A stretch of DNA of 64,000 nt, taken from Octopus bimaculoides (lineage: Eukaryota). Shown in pieces: positions 41,265-53,839 of this stretch; position 1 is the first letter of the stretch, and the number at the start of each line of letters is the position of its first letter. The position numbers were made by a program, and so were the translations under genes. The notes beneath the pieces were generated by a model that was not told the origin of the DNA, ran no database searches, and saw nothing but the letters and a program-made list of their open reading frames with translations. The stretch lies in assembly GCF_001194135.2 (NCBI RefSeq), contig NC_068986.1:25352925-25416924 (forward strand). The letters are read 5' to 3'.

Positions 41265-41495
41265 CGCAAGCCATGCCAGGCTCATAAGGGCTGGTTTCCT
41301 GGTTTCAATGGCGTATATATTCCCCACTTGGACGGGACACCAGTCCATTGCAGGATTATCTCATTTTTACCAACTGAGTGAACTGGAGCAACGTGAAATG
41401 AAGTGTTTTGCTCAAGAGCACAATGTATCGCCTGGTCCAGGAATTGAAACTACAATCTTATGATCATGAGTCCAACGCCCTTAACATTAAGCTAC
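41265..41495 (-). mobile_element. tRNA-headed SINE, family E. Other copies at about 9678-10000, 11430-11500, 15700-15830, 16560-16680, 30815-30915, 59685-59760 and 62841-63040
   Basis: Head ggcacatggcttagtggttagagc..gttcgaatccc and CORE-like gttcttgagcaa(a)acacttcattt. Confidence 0.7.
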
Positions 41496-42630
41496 ACACC
41501 TTCACAGACAGAGAATGCAGAATACAAAATCCTTGCTTTCAACCAAAGATTCAGAATCATCATGGACTTAGCAGACTGAGGGACTAATTCCAGCTGAAAT
41601 GAATTTAACTTCAAGCTTTCTTGCAATATTGCAATAATCTAGTTGATGTATGGCGTTAAAAATCATTTAACTTGACAGATTTACTTGGATTCTGCCATTT
41701 TGATATTGGCAAAAATAGCAACAACAACAGGAAATAGAATGGACAACAACAACGATTATGGTAACACTAACATAACTGCAGCAATAAAGACAATGACAAC
41801 AACACAAACAACACCAGCAAACTTGATAGTACTTTTAGAAAAAAAAAAAAAAAAAAAAAAAAAAAANNNNNNNNNNNNNNNNNNNNNNNNNNNNNNNNNN
41901 NNNNNNNNNNNNNNNNNNNNNNNNNNNNNNNNNNNNNNNNNNNNNNNNNNNNNNNNNNNNNNNNNNNNNNNNNNNNNNNNNNNNNNNNNNNNNNNNNNNN
42001 NNNNNNNNNNNNNNNNNNNNNNNNNNNNNNNNNNNNNNNNNNNNNNNNNNNNNNNNNNNNNNNNNNNNNNNNNNNNNNNNNNNNNNNNNNNNNNNNNNNN
42101 NNNNNNNNNNNNNNNNNNNNNNNNNNNNNNNNNNNNNNNNNNNNNNNNNNNNNNNNNNNNNNNNNNNNNNNNNNNNNNNNNNNNNNNNNNNNNNNNNNNN
42201 NNNNNNNNNNNNNNNNNNNNNNNNNNNNNNNNNNNNNNNNNNNNNNNNNNNNNNNNNNNNNNNNNNNNNNNNNNNNNNNNNNNNNNNNNNNNNNNNNNNN
42301 NNNNNNNNNNNNNNNNNNNNNNNNNNNNNNNNNNNNNNNNNNNNNNNNNNNNNNNNNNNNNNNNNNNNNNNNNNNNNNNNNNNNNNNNNNNNNNNNNNNN
42401 NNNNNNNNNNNNNNNNNNNNNNNNNNNNNNNNNNNNNNNNNNNNNNNNNNNNNNNNNNNNNNNNNNNNNNNNNNNNNNNNNNNNNNNNNNNNNNNNNNNN
42501 NNNNNNNNNNNNNNNNNNNNNNNNNNNNNNNNNNNNNNNNNNNNNNNNNNNNNNNNNNNNNNNNNNNNNNNNNNNNNNNNNNNNNNNNNNNNNNNNNNNN
42601 NNNNNNNNNNNNNNNNNNNNNNNNNNNNNN

Positions 42631-42902
42631 TGTCTCTCTCACCAAGGTCAGTGGCTATCGAACGCCGACGAAGGGAAATAACCCTGAAATCCGGATCCGT
42701 TCGTGCTACAGATCATGGTGAGAGGGATAACTTCCCTTGGCAAACAGGACACAGTCGTGTGTCGATAAGCCAGCTGGAGGAGATGTCCTCCTGGGGCTAA
42801 AAGTAACAGTAACATCCACCCCTAGGGGTCAGCCACACTTAAGTGGCAATATACTACATTTTATCGTGCAGTTACTGTTAATACTTCATTTAGAGAATTA
42901 AC
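42631..42902 (+). mobile_element. Structured hammerhead-bearing element, family H2
   Basis: Homologous to 31360-31605. Begins at a gap and ends at a (TA)n tract. Confidence 0.7.
42659..42703 (+). ncRNA. Putative minimal type-I hammerhead ribozyme with variant core CCGACGA
   Basis: CGAACG-CCGACGA-AGGG(AAATAA)CCCT-GAAA-TCCGGA-TC-CGTTCG. Stem I is 6 bp, stem II 4 bp, stem III is the palindrome ATCCGGAT, and the NUH triplet is AUC (predicted cut after 42697). Confidence 0.72.
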
Positions 42903-43194
42903 ATATATATATATATATATATATATATGTGTATATATATGTATATATGACAAATAATAAATCAAAAACAAAAACAACCCAAAAAGAAATAAATATGTAA
43001 ATATGAAGAAAAATTACTAAGGAAAAAAATTGGTTATTGTTTATCTTAGAGATGCTATTAGTATGAGTATTACACACATACATACACACATGAACATGTA
43101 CACACATACATACGCACATGAACATGTACACACATACATACACACATCCAATTAATATGCAGACACACACTCACAAACATGCAGAAACAGACAT

Positions 43195-43244
<50 letters not shown>

Positions 43245-44060
43245 GATCAAGAATACACACACACACTCACATAACCGATACGTACACATATACATTGTTG
43301 CCAGTGCCACTGGACTGGCTCCTGTGCAGGTTGCACATAAAAAACACCATTTGAGCATGGCCGTTACCAGTGCAGCCTGACTGGCCCTTGTGTTGGTGGC
43401 ATGTAAAAGCACCCAGTACACTCTCTGAGTGGTTGGCGTTAGGAAGGGCATCCAGCTGTAGAAACTCTGCCAAATCAGATTGGAGCCTTGTGTAGCCATC
43501 TGGTTCACCAGTCCTCAGTCAAATCGTCCAACTCATGCTAGCATGGAAGGCGGACGTTAAACGACGATGATGATGATGATGATGATACACATACATCTGA
43601 AAATTGAAAACATGCAGAAACGTACACACACACACACACACACGCACATGCGCGAACACGAAGACACACACACGTACACAATATACTTATGCACACACAT
43701 ATGCACACATAAACAAGCTTACACATGAACTCATGCAAACACAAGCACATTTGAATACATACCATTTACATAAAGATGCACAAACTCCTACCGATCCATA
43801 AACACATGCATACGCACACGCACTCACACACACACACACACATAAGCCCATAAACACAGACACACACACATAGATATACACGCATGCAGACAACCAGGAA
43901 ATCTCTAGAGAGGTTTGTTCCCAGATTTTCTCACATACATAACTAGGGTTTGATGGGGGAGCAAGGGGAGAACATTAGTTTACACATGCTTGTGTGTGTG
44001 TGGTGGGGGGTGTACTGTGACATGTGTGGAGTGACTGCTGTTAATATGCTTATGTATATT

Positions 44061-44292
44061 TATTTCTTTAATGCCCACAGGGGGCTACACACAGAGGGGA
44101 CAAACAAGGACAGACAAAGGGATTAAGTCGATTACATCGACCCCAGTGCATAACTGGTACTTAATTTATCGACCCCGAAAGGATGAAAAGCAAAGTCGAC
44201 CTCGGCGGAATTTGAACTCAGAACGTAACAGCAGACGAAATACCGCTAAGCATTTTGCCCGGCGTGCTAACGTTTCTACCAGCTCGCTGCCT
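44061..44292 (-). mobile_element. Full-length SINE, family A
   Basis: Head gagctggtagaaacgttagc...gttcaaattcc and central gcttttcatcctttcggggtcgataaattaagtacc. 16-bp target-site duplication tatgctt(a/g)tgtatatt at 44045-44060 and 44293-44308. Confidence 0.85.
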
Positions 44293-44589
44293 TATGCTTG
44301 TGTATATTATATCATGATGATTGTAACAGAGTAATTGATCTGATTCTCATCCTGACTCCATTCTCGGTTGTTGTTGTTTAACCTCAGGTTGGTACTGGTC
44401 AAGTAAGACCTATGATCAAAAGATATTCAAGCCAGGATCACTGCTTTTTTTTTTTGTCCAGGAATGATGTAACCTTGGACAACATTATTCTTTGTCTCCT
44501 TTTACCAAATGGAGAGTGTGGTCTGAGAGAGATCTGGCTGCGATTTCTAGCAGATCGAGTGACTACAGGGTCCGCCTCCTTTCGCTTGT

Positions 44590-45400
44590 TTCATGTATGT
44601 GTGTGTGTGTACATGTGTCATTGCTGATCATATCCGAGTAAATGCTTACATGTGTACATCTGTGTGTCACATGTTGTTGATTATATCACTGATTGTGTAG
44701 GTCATATGATATGTGTATACGTGTGTGAACATGTTTCTCTGTGTGTGTGTGTGGGGGGTGCGTGTGTGTGTGTACATGTATAATTTTTTTAATGTCTATA
44801 TATTATGTGCTTATGTATATATGTTCATCTGTTTGTGTATTTGTGCACACAAACATATATATGTTTGTTTGTATGTATGTATGTATATTTCTATGTATGT
44901 ATGTATATATGTATATGTGTATGTTTATTTGTATGTATATATGTATGTATGTATGTGTGTATATTTCTATGTATGTATGTATATATGTATGTATGTATGT
45001 ATGTGTATATACATATGTGTGTATATTTCTATATATGTGTATATATTTCTATGTATGTGTGTATGTATGTATGTGTGTGTGTATGTACATGTGTGTATAT
45101 TTCTATGCATGTGTGTATGTATGCATGTGTGTGTGTATGTATGTATGTGTGTATATATGTATGTACATATGTTTGTATATTTCTATGTATGTGTGTATAT
45201 TTCTATGTATGTATGTATCTCTGTATGTATGTATGGAGTGAATGAATGGAAGAAGAAAAGCAGGTCCAAAAGAAGGGAGGCAAACATTTTCAAGACTATC
45301 ATTGTCTGTATTTATATTTATGTATGCATCTGTGAATGTGTGTATGTATGATTATGTATGTATGCATGTATAGTGTGTGTGTGTGTGTGTGTGTGTGTTT
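44590..45400. repeat. Compound TA/TG microsatellite region. Similar tracts at about 33220-33695, 34370-34800 and 42900-43900
   Basis: tatgtatgtgtatatttc-type units. Confidence 0.9.
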
Positions 45401-46093
45401 TATCTATGTCTTAGTTTAAAAAGAAGGAACAGTGCCCATGACTTAGTCAGGCTTTCCCAAAGCTGTGGGGTTGATGTAATTACTGTCCAGATAGAATTTC
45501 TACAAGATGATTGATGCCTCGATGCCTGTAGGGAAAATGTAAAGAATTCCAAACGGCTGGAAGCTCTTGGAATAAACATTTGCCCTTGCATATGTGTATG
45601 CATGCATGCATGCATGCATGCATGTGTGTGTTTGCCCATGTGTGTGTGCATGCACACATGTGCATGTGTGTGTAATGGTTATTCTGTCTCACATGTGTAA
45701 GCAGTACTTTATTGTGTTTTTGTTGTTTCTACTTCTACTGTTTAGTCTGAGAGAGAATGGTAAGTGCCAATGGCTTCTCATTTTTTTAAGGTCCTCCAAG
45801 ACTGGTGAGAGTTGGAACGAATACTGAAAGGTATTTGTTCTATAATTAAAATTTAATGCAATTTTCAATTGCACACACTGAGTAAAGTGTTAACACTGTA
45901 TGCAAATTAGTAGCCCCAATAATTATTATTTCAAATTTCGTCACAAGGGCAGCTTAGGGGAAGTTGGGGATGAGTCAATTACATTGACCCCCAATGTTCA
46001 ACTGGTACTTATTTTATCAACCCTGAAAGGATGAAAGGCAAAGTTGACCTCAGCAGAATTTGAACTCAGAACAGAGCGATGGGCGAAATATGG

Positions 46094-46125
<32 letters not shown>

Positions 46126-46809
46126 CTAACAACTCTGACCATTATGGCTTGCATATGGTACATTTGCACCGTTGTGAAAGGTGGAGCAACTTGGATCATT
46201 TTGTAATACTGTGTTCCTTGATAAGAGATTATCATAGCTTAGGAGGCTTACCAAAATTTTGCTGTGTTGTCTATAAGTGGAGATTGTGTAACATTTTATT
46301 GTACGTGTATGTTGTTATGAGTAATAGAACTTGCGAGTGATGGGGTGGCACGAGAAAGAGAGACTAGTTTTTACACCTCCACTACGGAGGAGGTGTGAAA
46401 ACCCGGTAGTGAAGGTATGCTGTAAGATATCTTGGTTGCTGCGTGAGAGATTATCCATCGAGGAATGGAGGACAGTCTAATCTTTGAGGGAGTCTATGTT
46501 TCACTGGAAGTAACAATCATGCATGTCATTGATGAAGAAAACAAAATAGAGGTGTGTGAGAAGGGTTGTGCTTTGGGGCAAGGAAAAGAATGTCTGGAAG
46601 AGAGCCAGTGAATGTGTTGGTGGTAGTGGTTGGTAGTGGTTGGTAGTGGGGATGAGTAGATGGGGATAGGAATTGGTGTAGACGTTTCAGGATGACAGAT
46701 GCTTTGGCCTCTGTGTTTGTGGTGTCAGTATGGCAGGACTGAAGGGTGGGGACATGGGGAGAGGAGCCGAGAGAAGTTGTGTCTACTGCTGTGCAGTCAC
46801 TTGGGACTT

Positions 46810-46990
46810 TAGAAAGAGAGAGAGTGAGTGAGTGAGAGAGAGAAACAAGGAGAAATTGAAAGCGAGAGAGAAGCAAGAAGAGAGAGAGAGAGAGAGAAAC
46901 AAGGAGAGATTGAAAGCGAGAGAGAAGCAAGAAGAGAGAGAGATAGAAACACGGAGAGAGTGAAAGAGAGAGAGAGAGAGAAACAAGAAA

Positions 46991-47030
<40 letters not shown>

Positions 47031-47415
47031 GTTGAAAGTGAGAGAGAAAGAAAACAGGTTGAGAGTGAGAGAGAGAAGCAAGGAGAGAGGGAGAGATAGA
47101 AGCAAAGAGAGAGGGAGAGAGAAGCAAGAGGAGAGAGAGAGAAAAAAGCAAGTTGAGAAGGAAAGAGAGAAGTTGAAAGAGAGAGAAACAAGGAGAGAGA
47201 GAGAGAAGAAAAGTGAGAGAGAGAGAGAGAGAGAGTGTGATAGAAGCAAGGAGAAAGGGAGAGGGAGAGATAGAAGCAATGAGAGAGGGAGAGGGAGAAG
47301 CAAAGTGAAAGGGAAATATAGAAGCAATAAGAGAGGGAGAGGGAGAACTAGAAGCAAGAGAGAGACAGAAAGAGAGAGAAAGAGAGACTGAGAGACAGAG
47401 AGAAAGACTAGAGAG
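46810..47415. repeat. Compound GA-rich minisatellite
   Basis: Recurrent units gagagagagaaacaag and gagagaagcaag. Confidence 0.9.
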
Positions 47416-48191
47416 AATGATGTTCTCAATTCTTAATACAGGATGAACAAGAGTTGAGCAACTAATGGTGGTGGTAGTTCCATGCATTTGGAGAATGGTA
47501 GACATAGCAGAAGCAGCAATTTGGCAGTGAATTGGATGGAATGTCATGTGGTATTTGTTCTGATTCTGTGCACTCTGATGAAAGACATTCTTAACTTAGC
47601 TTTTATTGAAACAATGTATTTAGGACCACCATTAGCCTGTGTAGTTTTCCTTTCTGAAACCAGTAGAGTGTGATGCATGGGAAATCTGGCTGTTATTTTT
47701 AGCAGGTCATACAACCACATAAAGGACCCTGTCATTGGTTCAGTAACCATGTAGATCCTCTTTTATCTCTTACTTGTTTCAGTCATTAGATTGCGGCCAT
47801 GCTCGGGCACTGCCTCGAAGAATTGTTGGTCAAATGAATCAACCCCAGTACTTTTGTTTTTTCTTTTTAAAGTTTGGTACTTATTCTATTGGTCTCTTTG
47901 GCCAAACTGTTAAGCTACAGGGATGTAAAGACACCAACACCGGTTGTCAAGCAGCTGTGGAGGACAAACATGGCTACACACAAACACACGAGAGCTTCTT
48001 TCAGATTCTATCTACCAAATCCACCATTCTACTATAGCCCATGACTATAGTAGAAGACTCTTGCCAAAGGTGCCATGCAGTGGGACTGAACCTGGAACCA
48101 TGTAGTTGGGTGCAAACTTCTTTATTATTATTTTTTTTTTTAGGCTTGAGCAGCCATGATTTGATGAAATCTCTGTTCTGATGTAAACTAC

Positions 48192-48582
48192 AGGTGGAGG
48201 CGCAATGGCCCAGTGGTTAGGGCAGCGGACTCGCGGTCGTAGGATCACAGTTTCGATTCCCAGACCAGGCGTTGTGAGTGTTTATTGAGCGAAAACACCT
48301 AAAGCTCCACGAGGCTCCGGCAGGGGATGGTGGCGAACCCTGCTGTACTCTTTCACCACAACTTTCTCTCACTCTTACTTCCTGTTTCTGTTGTGCCTGT
48401 AATTCAAAGGGCCAGCCTTGTCACACTGTGTCACGCTGAATATCCCCGAGAACTACGTTAAGGGTACACGTGTCTGTGGAGTGCTCAGCCACTTGTACGT
48501 TAATTTCACGAGCAGGCTGTTCCGTTGATCGGGTCAACTGGAAACCGCGACGTCATAAGCGACGGAGTGCCAACAACAACAA
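48192..48582 (+). mobile_element. Full-length SINE, family D
   Basis: Near-identical to the 6781 copy, with target-site duplication gatgtaaactac at 48180-48191 and 48583-48594. Confidence 0.9.
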
Positions 48583-51500
48583 GATGTAAACTACTATCAT
48601 ATGTATCATTAACTAATATTCATGTTTTCAATTGATATTTATGATTTTTTTCTTTTTTCTTTTTTTTTTTTAAAAAAGACAGCCATATCTTAATCATTTT
48701 GCAACCACATTTCTACTAATGAAGTACTTTGATTTTAACTAATTTTGAAGCTAATCAAAAATTCAGAGGTGATTTTTATAAAATATCAGACAGTGTCATT
48801 ATTAAGCTAGTCGTTGAAACATGACATAACAAAATATTAAGTTCTGATAGAATTTTAAAATTTAGATTTGAACACTTAAAATTGAGGTTAATTTCAACCA
48901 ACTAAAGGTTAAATTTTTTGATTCTGGATGTGTGCATTGTTTTTTTTTGTTTTTTTTCTCAATTAGAATTTGTTCAAAAACTTTAGGCTGAGAAAAAAAA
49001 TTTGAAGGACATATTTTGTGAAAAAAAATGCTAATTTTGTTTTTTAGACTGGTTTTTTGTTTTTGTTCTGATATATGTTCATCTTTAATTCATAAATAAT
49101 TGAAATAACATTATGTATTATTTATATTGCTATTGTTATTTTGACTTAACATTTAAAGAAAAAAACAATATTTTAATTTTCCATTTTGTTAGTTGTTTTA
49201 TCATGATATCATCATCATCATCATTTAACGTCCGCTTTCCATGCTAGCATGGGTTGGACGATTTGACTGAGGACTGGTGAACAAGAAGGCTGCACCAGGC
49301 TCCAATCTGATTTGGCAGAGTTTCTACAGCTGGCTGACCTTCCTAACGCCAACCACTCCGAGAGTGTAGTGGGTGCTTTTACGTGCCACCCGCATGAAGG
49401 CTTGTCAGGAGTTACTGGCAACGGCCACGCTCAAAATGGTGTATTTTATGTGCCAACTGCACAGGAGCCAATCCAGCGGCACTGGCAACGATCTAGCTTG
49501 AATGTCTTTACATGTGCCACCGGCAGAAGTGCCAGGAAGGCAACGCTGGGCACAAGTGCCAGGAAGGCGACGCTGGGCACAAGTGCCAGGAAGGCGACGC
49601 TGGGCACAGGTGCCATCACGATTTCGCTTTCCCTAACAGGTCTCCGCATGCCGAGTTTTGTGTCCAATGAAGGAGACGCTGTTGGCATGAGTACCATGGG
49701 TGCTAAATGGATGTTGAATATAGATTCTGACATTTGGATGAAATGTAGTAAAGTATTATTATGGGATGACAAGAAGAGAGAAGATGAAGCCTCGAATGGT
49801 TATAAGTATGAGCAATGTAGTAGTAATAGTGTAAGTTAGTTTTGTCTGTTGCGTGCTTGCTCAACTTAGCTTGTACAGTTATATTTATTATGGATTTAAA
49901 AGAAAAATATATTTTGCTATTTTACATAAATCCTTGCATGCTTGTTATGGGAGGAATAGCTCTGGTAGGAGTAATTGTTTTTACAGCTGTATACTCCTTC
50001 CTCAATTGCCTGATACTCAACGATCAAATATTATATACATACATACATACGTACATACATACATACATACATACATACATACATGTATGTATGAATGTGA
50101 ATTTATATATATATACACCAATACCATTCCATGTCCCTAATTGCCTGATACTCAACCATCAAATATTATATACATACATACATACATACATACATGTGTG
50201 TATAAAAGTGAATTTATATATATACACCACTACCATTCCACGTCCCTGTATATATATATATNNNNNNNNNNNNNNNNNNNNNNNNNNNNNNNNNNNNNNN
50301 NNNNNNNNNNNNNNNNNNNNNNNNNNNNNNNNNNNNNNNNNNNNNNNNNNNNNNNNNNNNNNNNNNNNNNNNNNNNNNNNNNNNNNNNNNNNNNNNNNNN
50401 NNNNNNNNNNNNNNNNNNNNNNNNNNNNNNNNNNNNNNNNNNNNNNNNNNNNNNNNNNNNNNNNNNNNNNNNNNNNNNNNNNNNNNNNNNNNNNNNNNNN
50501 NNNNNNNNNNNNNNNNNNNNNNNNNNNNNNNNNNNNNNNNNNNNNNNNNNNNNNNNNNNNNNNNNNNNNNNNNNNNNNNNNNNNNNNNNNNNNNNNNNNN
50601 NNNNNNNNNNNNNNNNNNNNNNNNNNNNNNNNNNNNNNNNNNNNNNNNNNNNNNNNNNNNNNNNNNNNNNNNNNNNNNNNNNNNNNNNNNNNNNNCTATA
50701 AATTAGACGAGGAAGAAGACAAGGAGCAGAGGGAGGTGGTGGTGGTGGTGGTGGTGGTGGTAGTGGTCGTAGCGGTGGTGGTGGTTGTGATGATGGTGAC
50801 AGGTTTTGAGTTTGTTGTCAAATGTTGCTGTTTTCATTGCTCAACCTCAGGTTAGATTTGATCAAGTAGACCTTTCATTAAAGGCCTTCTAACTGTGACC
50901 ATCCTGTATTTTATTATATCTAAAAATATATAACATGTCCTTTCCCTTTCTTTTAAAAACTGTAATCTGTCATTTGAGGAACAGCTACTATTTCTAGCAG
51001 GTTGAGTGATCATGTAGAGGTTTCTTTGTATTAGGCATATGTAAAGTGTTTGGTTTATTATTATTATTATGAAACTCTGCCAAAATCAGATTGGTGCCTG
51101 GTGTAGCCATCTGGTTCACTAGTTCTCAGTCAAATCGTCCAACCCATGCTAGCATGGAAAGCGGACGTTAAATGATGATGATGATGATTATGATTATTGT
51201 TATTATTGAGCTGGCAGAATCATTAGAATGTCAGACAGAATGCTTAGTGGCATTTCTGCCAGCTCTTTACATTCTGAGTTCAAATACCACCAAGGTCAAC
51301 TTTTCCTTTCCTCCTCTTGGGGTTGATAAAATAAAGTGCTAGTCAAGTACTAAGGTTGATACAAGTGGCCTACCTCCCCCCCCCTAAAATTGCTGGCTTT
51401 GTGTCAAAATTTGAAACATTATGATTATTACGATTATCATTATTATTGAAGGTAATGAGCTGGCAGAAGCAATTAGCACACCGGGCAAAATGCTTTGTGG

Positions 51501-51720
51501 TATTTTGTCTGTCTTCAAGTTCTGCCGAGGTCAACTTTACCTTTCTTCCTTTCGGAGTTGAGAAATTAAGTATCAGTAAAATACTGGGGTCGATGTAATC
51601 AACTAGTCCCCTTCCCCCAAAATTTCAGGCCTTGTGTCTTTAGTAGAAAACATTATCATCATCATCATCATCATTTAATATTTTATTTTCATTATATCAT
51701 CATCATCATCATCATCATCA

Positions 51721-51782
<62 letters not shown>

Positions 51783-51784
51783 TA

Positions 51785-52030
51785 TGTTTTTTTTTCATTA
51801 TAACTTTATTTCAGCCGCCTTAGTACCGGGTTTCCGCCGGAGGCCAAGTGTAGCAAGGGCACTTTTGTTTTGCTGTGCATGCTAAAATTATCACCACATT
51901 TATTCCATTTTAGATGGAGAGCACTTCCCGTAGTATTATGGGCTGTGCCCATCAAGGTTATCTTTTGTAGTTCTCGGAGATTGGAGTTACCAGGGAGTTG
52001 CTTAATATACTTCTCAGCTCCCTTCTTTAT
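51785..52030 (-). mobile_element. 3' end of an R4/Dong-like element
   Basis: KYIKQLPG..LRELQKITLMGTAH matches the C-terminus of the restriction-like endonuclease ORF. Embedded in (AAT)n. Confidence 0.7.
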
Positions 52031-52089
52031 CATTATTATTATCATCATCATCATCATCATTATTATTATTATTATCATTATTATTATTA

Positions 52090-52722
52090 TTGAGTGAGAG
52101 AACAGTGCATGCCATTAAAGTGACACTGGGGTACAAATATATGAAGCCCAATATACCCATGAGGATTACCTGTCTGATAAGGGTACACCAGGCACATGCA
52201 TCACAATATGTCCATAATGTGGTGACCTCATATCAAGATAAACAGTGCATGACCTTGCAGAGTGGCCCGCTTAGAATTTTCTTCAGGTCAAGTGCCCATC
52301 CCACTCAAAAGGTCCCTGAATAAGGGTTATTTGAGGATGATGAATGAAACATCCATATTTCCAGGGGGGAATTATTCAAGAATCCGATCAACAGAACAGC
52401 CTGCTCATGAAATTAATGTGCAAGTGGCTGAGCACTTCACAGACACGTGTACCCTTAACGTAGTTCTCGGGGATATTCAGTGTGACACAGTGTGACAAGG
52501 CTGGTCCTTTGAATTACAGGCACAACAGAAACAGGAAGTAAGAGTGAGAGAAAGTTGTGGTGAAAGAGTACAGCAGGGTTCACCACCATCCCCTGCCGGA
52601 GCCTTGTGGAGCTTTAGGTGTTTTCGCTCAATAAACAGTCACAATGCCCAGTCTGGGAATCGAAACCGCGATCCTATGACCGCGAGTCCGCTGCCCTAAC
52701 TACTGGGCCATTGCGCCTCCAC
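52090..52722 (-). mobile_element. Family D head and body (52382-52722) joined to a different 3' tail ending in (AAT)n (52090-52381)
   Basis: Matches family D up to ...gatcggat, then diverges completely from the other three D copies. Confidence 0.7.
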
Positions 52723-53253
52723 ACTTAGCTCAACATACTTGACCAATTAAGATCAAGCAACTGACAAGCAAATTTGCAGAATTGCACAGAATATTTGCTG
52801 TAGCCCATCTTTTATACCATGATAAAACATGTACATGTTAACACTTCCAATCAGTTAAGATCAGAAGCTATGAAAGCCATGGGGGTTGATCTGAATTTTA
52901 GCAATGTTTGTACTGTTGTTCATTATTGCTATCACCATCTCCGATTCTTCTATCATCAACAGGATTATCATGTCAACCATTCAAGATGTGTCCTTGTTCT
53001 TTCATGCTGCATTTGTTCTTAGTATAACTTCTTAGTATAAATGAATAATACTTTTAGTTCTATTTTTGTAGTATATTATTAAGGAAGCTCGTTGAAAGAG
53101 AATTAGTTGCTACATTAGCAGGCCAAGTAATTATCATGTATATGTTCTGTCTGTCTGTTTGTCTGTGTCTCTCTTTCTCTGTCTCCCGGTGTTTCTTAAT
53201 ATCGTTTCGCAATATTCTGCACTCATGTCAGTTCACAATCCTAATTTACCTTT

Positions 53254-53463
53254 CTCTTTTACTCTTTTACTTGTTTCAGTCATTTGACTGCGGCCATGCT
53301 AGAGCACCGCCTTTAGTCGAGCAAATCGACCCCAGGACTTATTCTTTGGAAGCCTAGTACTTATTCTATCGGTCTCTCTTTTGCCGAACCGCTAAGTTAC
53401 GGGGGACGTAAACACACCAGCATCGGTTGTCAAGCGATGCTGGGGGGGACAAACACAGACACA

Positions 53464-53505
<42 letters not shown>

Positions 53506-53786
53506 NNNNNNNNNNNNNNNNNNNNNNNNNNNNNNNNNNNNNNNNNNNNNNNNNNNNNNNNNNNNNNNNNNNNNNNNNNNNNNNNNNNNNNNNNNNNNNN
53601 NNNNNNNNNNNNNNNNNNNNNNNNNNNNNNNNNNNNNNNNNNNNNNNNNNNNNNNNNNNNNNNNNNNNNNNNNNNNNNNNNNNNNNNNNNNNNNNNNNNN
53701 NNNNNNNNNNNNNNNNNNNNNNNNNNNNNNNNNNNNNNNNNNNNNNNNNNNNNNNNNNNNNNNNNNNNNNNNNNNNNNNNNNNNNN

Positions 53787-53839
<53 letters not shown>

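Noticed and set aside
46360-46410. Hairpin followed by CTAG on the minus strand as a Helitron 3' end
   Set aside because: The spacer is atypical, no matching 5' end was found, and there is only one copy in the window.
44713-47547. Long low-complexity ORFs (CVYM-, LS- and ER-rich)
   Set aside because: They are translations of TA/TG and GA repeats.
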